From a virus (lineage: Duplodnaviria > Caudoviricetes), in the IMG/VR virus record IMGVR_UViG_3300025679_000005: DNA of 64,000 bases; one strand, 5' to 3'. Positions within the stretch are counted from its first letter, which is position 1. Each line of letters starts with the position of its first letter. Below are positions 61,949 to 64,000 of the stretch, piece after piece. The notes beneath the pieces are model-generated. The model was not told where the DNA came from and made no database searches. It was given only the letters and a program-made list of their open reading frames with translations. The position numbers and the translations under genes were made by a program.

Positions 61949-62485
61949 ATGGCTACTCGAAAATCGGCTATCACTGCGGAGGTGTACTCGCTCGAACACA
62001 CCCCGGACATCAAGATGAATCGTGCGCAACGGATGGCGCAATTTTTGCTGCAAGCGGCCAAGGACCATCCCCAGATGTTCTTCAAAAAGGCGCATCTCCT
62101 ACGGATCGCGAACCTTGACCCGAGCCTCCCTCGTGGGGAAAAGCAGCTCAAGGAGTTCAATGGCATCAAGACGGCTGCCAAACTGATTCTCGAAAGGGAT
62201 CACAAATGCACCATCCACTCTGAGCGGGCGTCGGGTTATCGCGCCACGCATGGGGATGAGGACATGGCGAAGACCCAGCTCCGCATTCACAATGCCCGTT
62301 TGGTGGCACAGCACACGCGGACCACCAGGATAGCGACTGCAATCGAGCCTCGCAACATCCACAATGCGGCCATCCGAGAGGAAGTGGCGAACGCCAGGCG
62401 AGCCCTGACCAACATCGGAGGCCAGTTGGGCAGCTTGACTTTGCCCCAACTGAAGGCAAAGCTGCCGGAAGAGAATCGGACCTGA
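61949..62485 (+). CDS. Hypothetical (wHTH-like) protein
   Basis: FLLQAAKDHPQMFF...GYRAT; similar to the next ORF. Confidence 0.7.
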   Translation: MATRKSAITAEVYSLEHTPDIKMNRAQRMAQFLLQAAKDHPQMFFKKAHLLRIANLDPSLPRGEKQLKEFNGIKTAAKLILERDHKCTIHSERASGYRATHGDEDMAKTQLRIHNARLVAQHTRTTRIATAIEPRNIHNAAIREEVANARRALTNIGGQLGSLTLPQLKAKLPEENRT

Positions 62486-62763
62486 TGGCTGATCCCGTTT
62501 CAGATTGTGAAGCGGGAACGCCTCCCCACGTTCGTATCGCGTCCTTTCTAAGCCAGGCGGCCATTGTTTCGCCTGGCTCTTTCTTCAAAAGAGATGCCCT
62601 CATCAAGATGGCCTTTGGCTCTGAGCCAACGGAGGATGACTTCCGAGCGACTATCTGCAAGGCCTCTATTCTGATTGAAGAGGGGTCGGGGATCGCTGAA
62701 GACAAAAGGGGCCTCCGAGTCACAAAGACGCCCAAGTGGGTCCAACGTAAAAAGAAGGCCTGA
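62485..62763 (+). CDS. Short paralogue of preceding protein
   Basis: FLSQAAIVSPGSFF...GLRVT. Confidence 0.65.
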   Translation: MADPVSDCEAGTPPHVRIASFLSQAAIVSPGSFFKRDALIKMAFGSEPTEDDFRATICKASILIEEGSGIAEDKRGLRVTKTPKWVQRKKKA

Positions 62764-62766
62764 CCC

Positions 62767-63762
62767 TCAAAAGCACATATCGATCCCAGCAAGCCGTGCT
62801 TGCTCCAGAACGCCTTGGGCTTCCGTAGTCTCAAGGCGTTTTTGGATTTCAGCGGCTGACTCGGGATTGATTTCGATCCCCAGGTAGTCCCGCCTCAATC
62901 CCTGAGCCTCCATCAAGGTGGTTCCGGAGCCGGCGAAAGGATCCAGAACCAGGCAAGACTCGATGGGGCCTTCGGGGCATTTACAGGTTCGCTGCCAGCC
63001 CTTGGTCAAATACTCCGGAGGGGCGATTGAAGGCATCGAGTACCCCTTTGAAGATCCCGTCCCGACAGCAGCATAGCTACCGGGATGGCCTTCCCGTTTG
63101 GGGGATGGCGGCGACACTCGTTCGAGTATTCTCTCTAGAGGGGCCCCGCAGGCTTCGCAGGCGCCTTCCTGGGACGTTGATAGGCGGATGCACCTCCTGG
63201 GCAGTGCCGGAGGGAATACCGCCGGATGCGCCTCTCCGTAGCGTTCTGTTGGCAGGCGCCAGACACTCCTGAGGTTGGCACCTGACTCCTCGCGTACCGC
63301 TTCGGAGTCATAGTAGTACTTCCGGCCTTTGGTCAGAAGGAATAGCGGTTCGAAGGACCTGGTTGGCCGATCGTGGACGTTCTCTGGCATGCCAGAGCCC
63401 TTATCCCAGCAAATCTCTGATCGGAGGATGAACCCTATTTCTCGGAGTCTGCTTACGAACCTCGACGGCATCTGTAGCAGTTCCTTGTTGGCATAGGTGT
63501 CCCCCAGATTAAGCCAAAGGCTGCCATCACTCCTGAGTACTCGATGTACCTCGGAGAATATTTCCGTCAAATGATCGAGGTAGGCTTCGGGGGTGCTCTC
63601 TAGGCCCAGTTGAATCTGACTGCCGTCGCCCCAAGTAGCCGAAGGCTCTCCATAGTCCCGAAGTGCAAAATATGGGGGTGACGTAACCACACAATGGGCA
63701 TGTTCCGAGGGGACGAGTTTAAGCTGTTGGAGGGCAGACCCGATGAGGACCGTATTGCGCAT
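62767..63762 (-). CDS. DNA N4-cytosine/N6-adenine methyltransferase (beta class) with Cys-rich insert
   Basis: VTSPPYF, HPAVFP, VLDPFAGSGTT; CEACG...CKC insert. Confidence 0.9.
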   Translation of the reverse strand: MRNTVLIGSALQQLKLVPSEHAHCVVTSPPYFALRDYGEPSATWGDGSQIQLGLESTPEAYLDHLTEIFSEVHRVLRSDGSLWLNLGDTYANKELLQMPSRFVSRLREIGFILRSEICWDKGSGMPENVHDRPTRSFEPLFLLTKGRKYYYDSEAVREESGANLRSVWRLPTERYGEAHPAVFPPALPRRCIRLSTSQEGACEACGAPLERILERVSPPSPKREGHPGSYAAVGTGSSKGYSMPSIAPPEYLTKGWQRTCKCPEGPIESCLVLDPFAGSGTTLMEAQGLRRDYLGIEINPESAAEIQKRLETTEAQGVLEQARLAGIDMCF

Positions 63763-63774
63763 CTTCGATCACCT

Positions 63775-63781
63775 TACACCA
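63775..63781 (-). promoter_or_regulatory. YGGTGTA element
   Basis: 12 nt upstream of methyltransferase ATG 63762. Confidence 0.65.
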
Positions 63782-63849
63782 GATTCAAAGCGTATTTCTA
63801 AAGATAGTGAGGCGGTACTCCGGTAATTCGCTTGTGTCCGCACCATTGT

Positions 63850-64000
63850 ATGTGGACACAAGCGAAAAAAGAGGCTCGGGGAAAAAGGATCGCTCAATAC
63901 AAGGCTGAAGGGAAGTGTGCGTGTGGGGGTGTGCCTAAACCGACTTATGCTACCTGCGACAAGTGCCTAGCAAAAGCCAAAAGAGTTCGTGACAGATTAG
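63850..64000 (+). CDS. Partial Cys-rich protein, probably another HNH-family paralogue
   Basis: MWTQAKKEARGKRIAQYKAEGKCACGGVPKPTYATCDKCL..., similar to the N-termini at 50962 and 51615; runs off window. Confidence 0.55.
   Translation, partial: MWTQAKKEARGKRIAQYKAEGKCACGGVPKPTYATCDKCLAKAKRVRDRL

Noticed and set aside
62166-62834. 222-aa minus-strand ORF
   Set aside because: Antisense shadow of the coupled plus-strand genes 61949 and 62485; no motifs. The same applies to the long shadows at 25352-26233, 58228-58914, 12759-13373 and 49273-49836.
62767-63762. Complete restriction-modification system
   Set aside because: No recognisable restriction endonuclease adjacent within the window; treated as an orphan methyltransferase.
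2878-63781. GGTG as a Shine-Dalgarno variant
   Set aside because: It lies about 12 nt from the start codon, too far for the 3' part of the SD, and the invariant TA plus preceding pyrimidine are not explained by anti-SD pairing; disfavoured but not formally excluded.
1-64000. tRNA/rRNA genes
   Set aside because: No cloverleaf with a T-loop GTTCRANYC in intergenic space; the GGTTCGAAT near 9372 is inside a CDS.
1-64000. Stop-codon reassignment
   Set aside because: Recognisable proteins are full length under the standard code and end at TAG, TGA and TAA alike.

Overview
The window is a gene-dense accessory region of a large dsDNA phage or phage-like replicon; this is an inference from about 100 short, mostly hypothetical ORFs on both strands, with no capsid/terminase genes, tRNA, rRNA or CRISPR array seen. 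Recognisable cargo: a GT51 peptidoglycan transglycosylase, candidate endolysins with a holin/spanin-like block, a 2H phosphoesterase, nicotinamidase-vWA-(truncated PP2C), an AAA+ ATPase, an RlmN-like radical SAM enzyme, two J-domain proteins, and a coiled-coil/PspA-like plus ABC-transporter operon (OmpA-tailed binding protein, intein in the ATPase Walker A motif). Further cargo: a metallophosphoesterase with two inteins, an HslV-like Ntn protein, a nucleotide-sugar dehydrogenase with two glycosyltransferases, coaD and coaE, two DUF4343-type ATP-grasp proteins, a PcfJ-like protein, several HNH-type nucleases, three solo tnpB genes (one cut off before RuvC-III), a pectate-lyase-fold protein and a DNA methyltransferase. 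Two window-wide patterns are not explained by gene lists. First, a YGGTGTA element lies mostly 8-13 nt upstream of more than 25 start codons, often as back-to-back divergent pairs 4-5 nt apart, suggesting a compact phage-specific promoter driving leaderless mRNAs. Second, a short peptide motif [ST]-x-W-[ED]-R-L followed by acidic residues recurs, mostly near the C-terminus, in about a dozen otherwise unrelated proteins with synonymous codon variation, suggesting a shared sorting, docking or degradation tag. All functional calls come from reading motifs by eye; no database searches were run.
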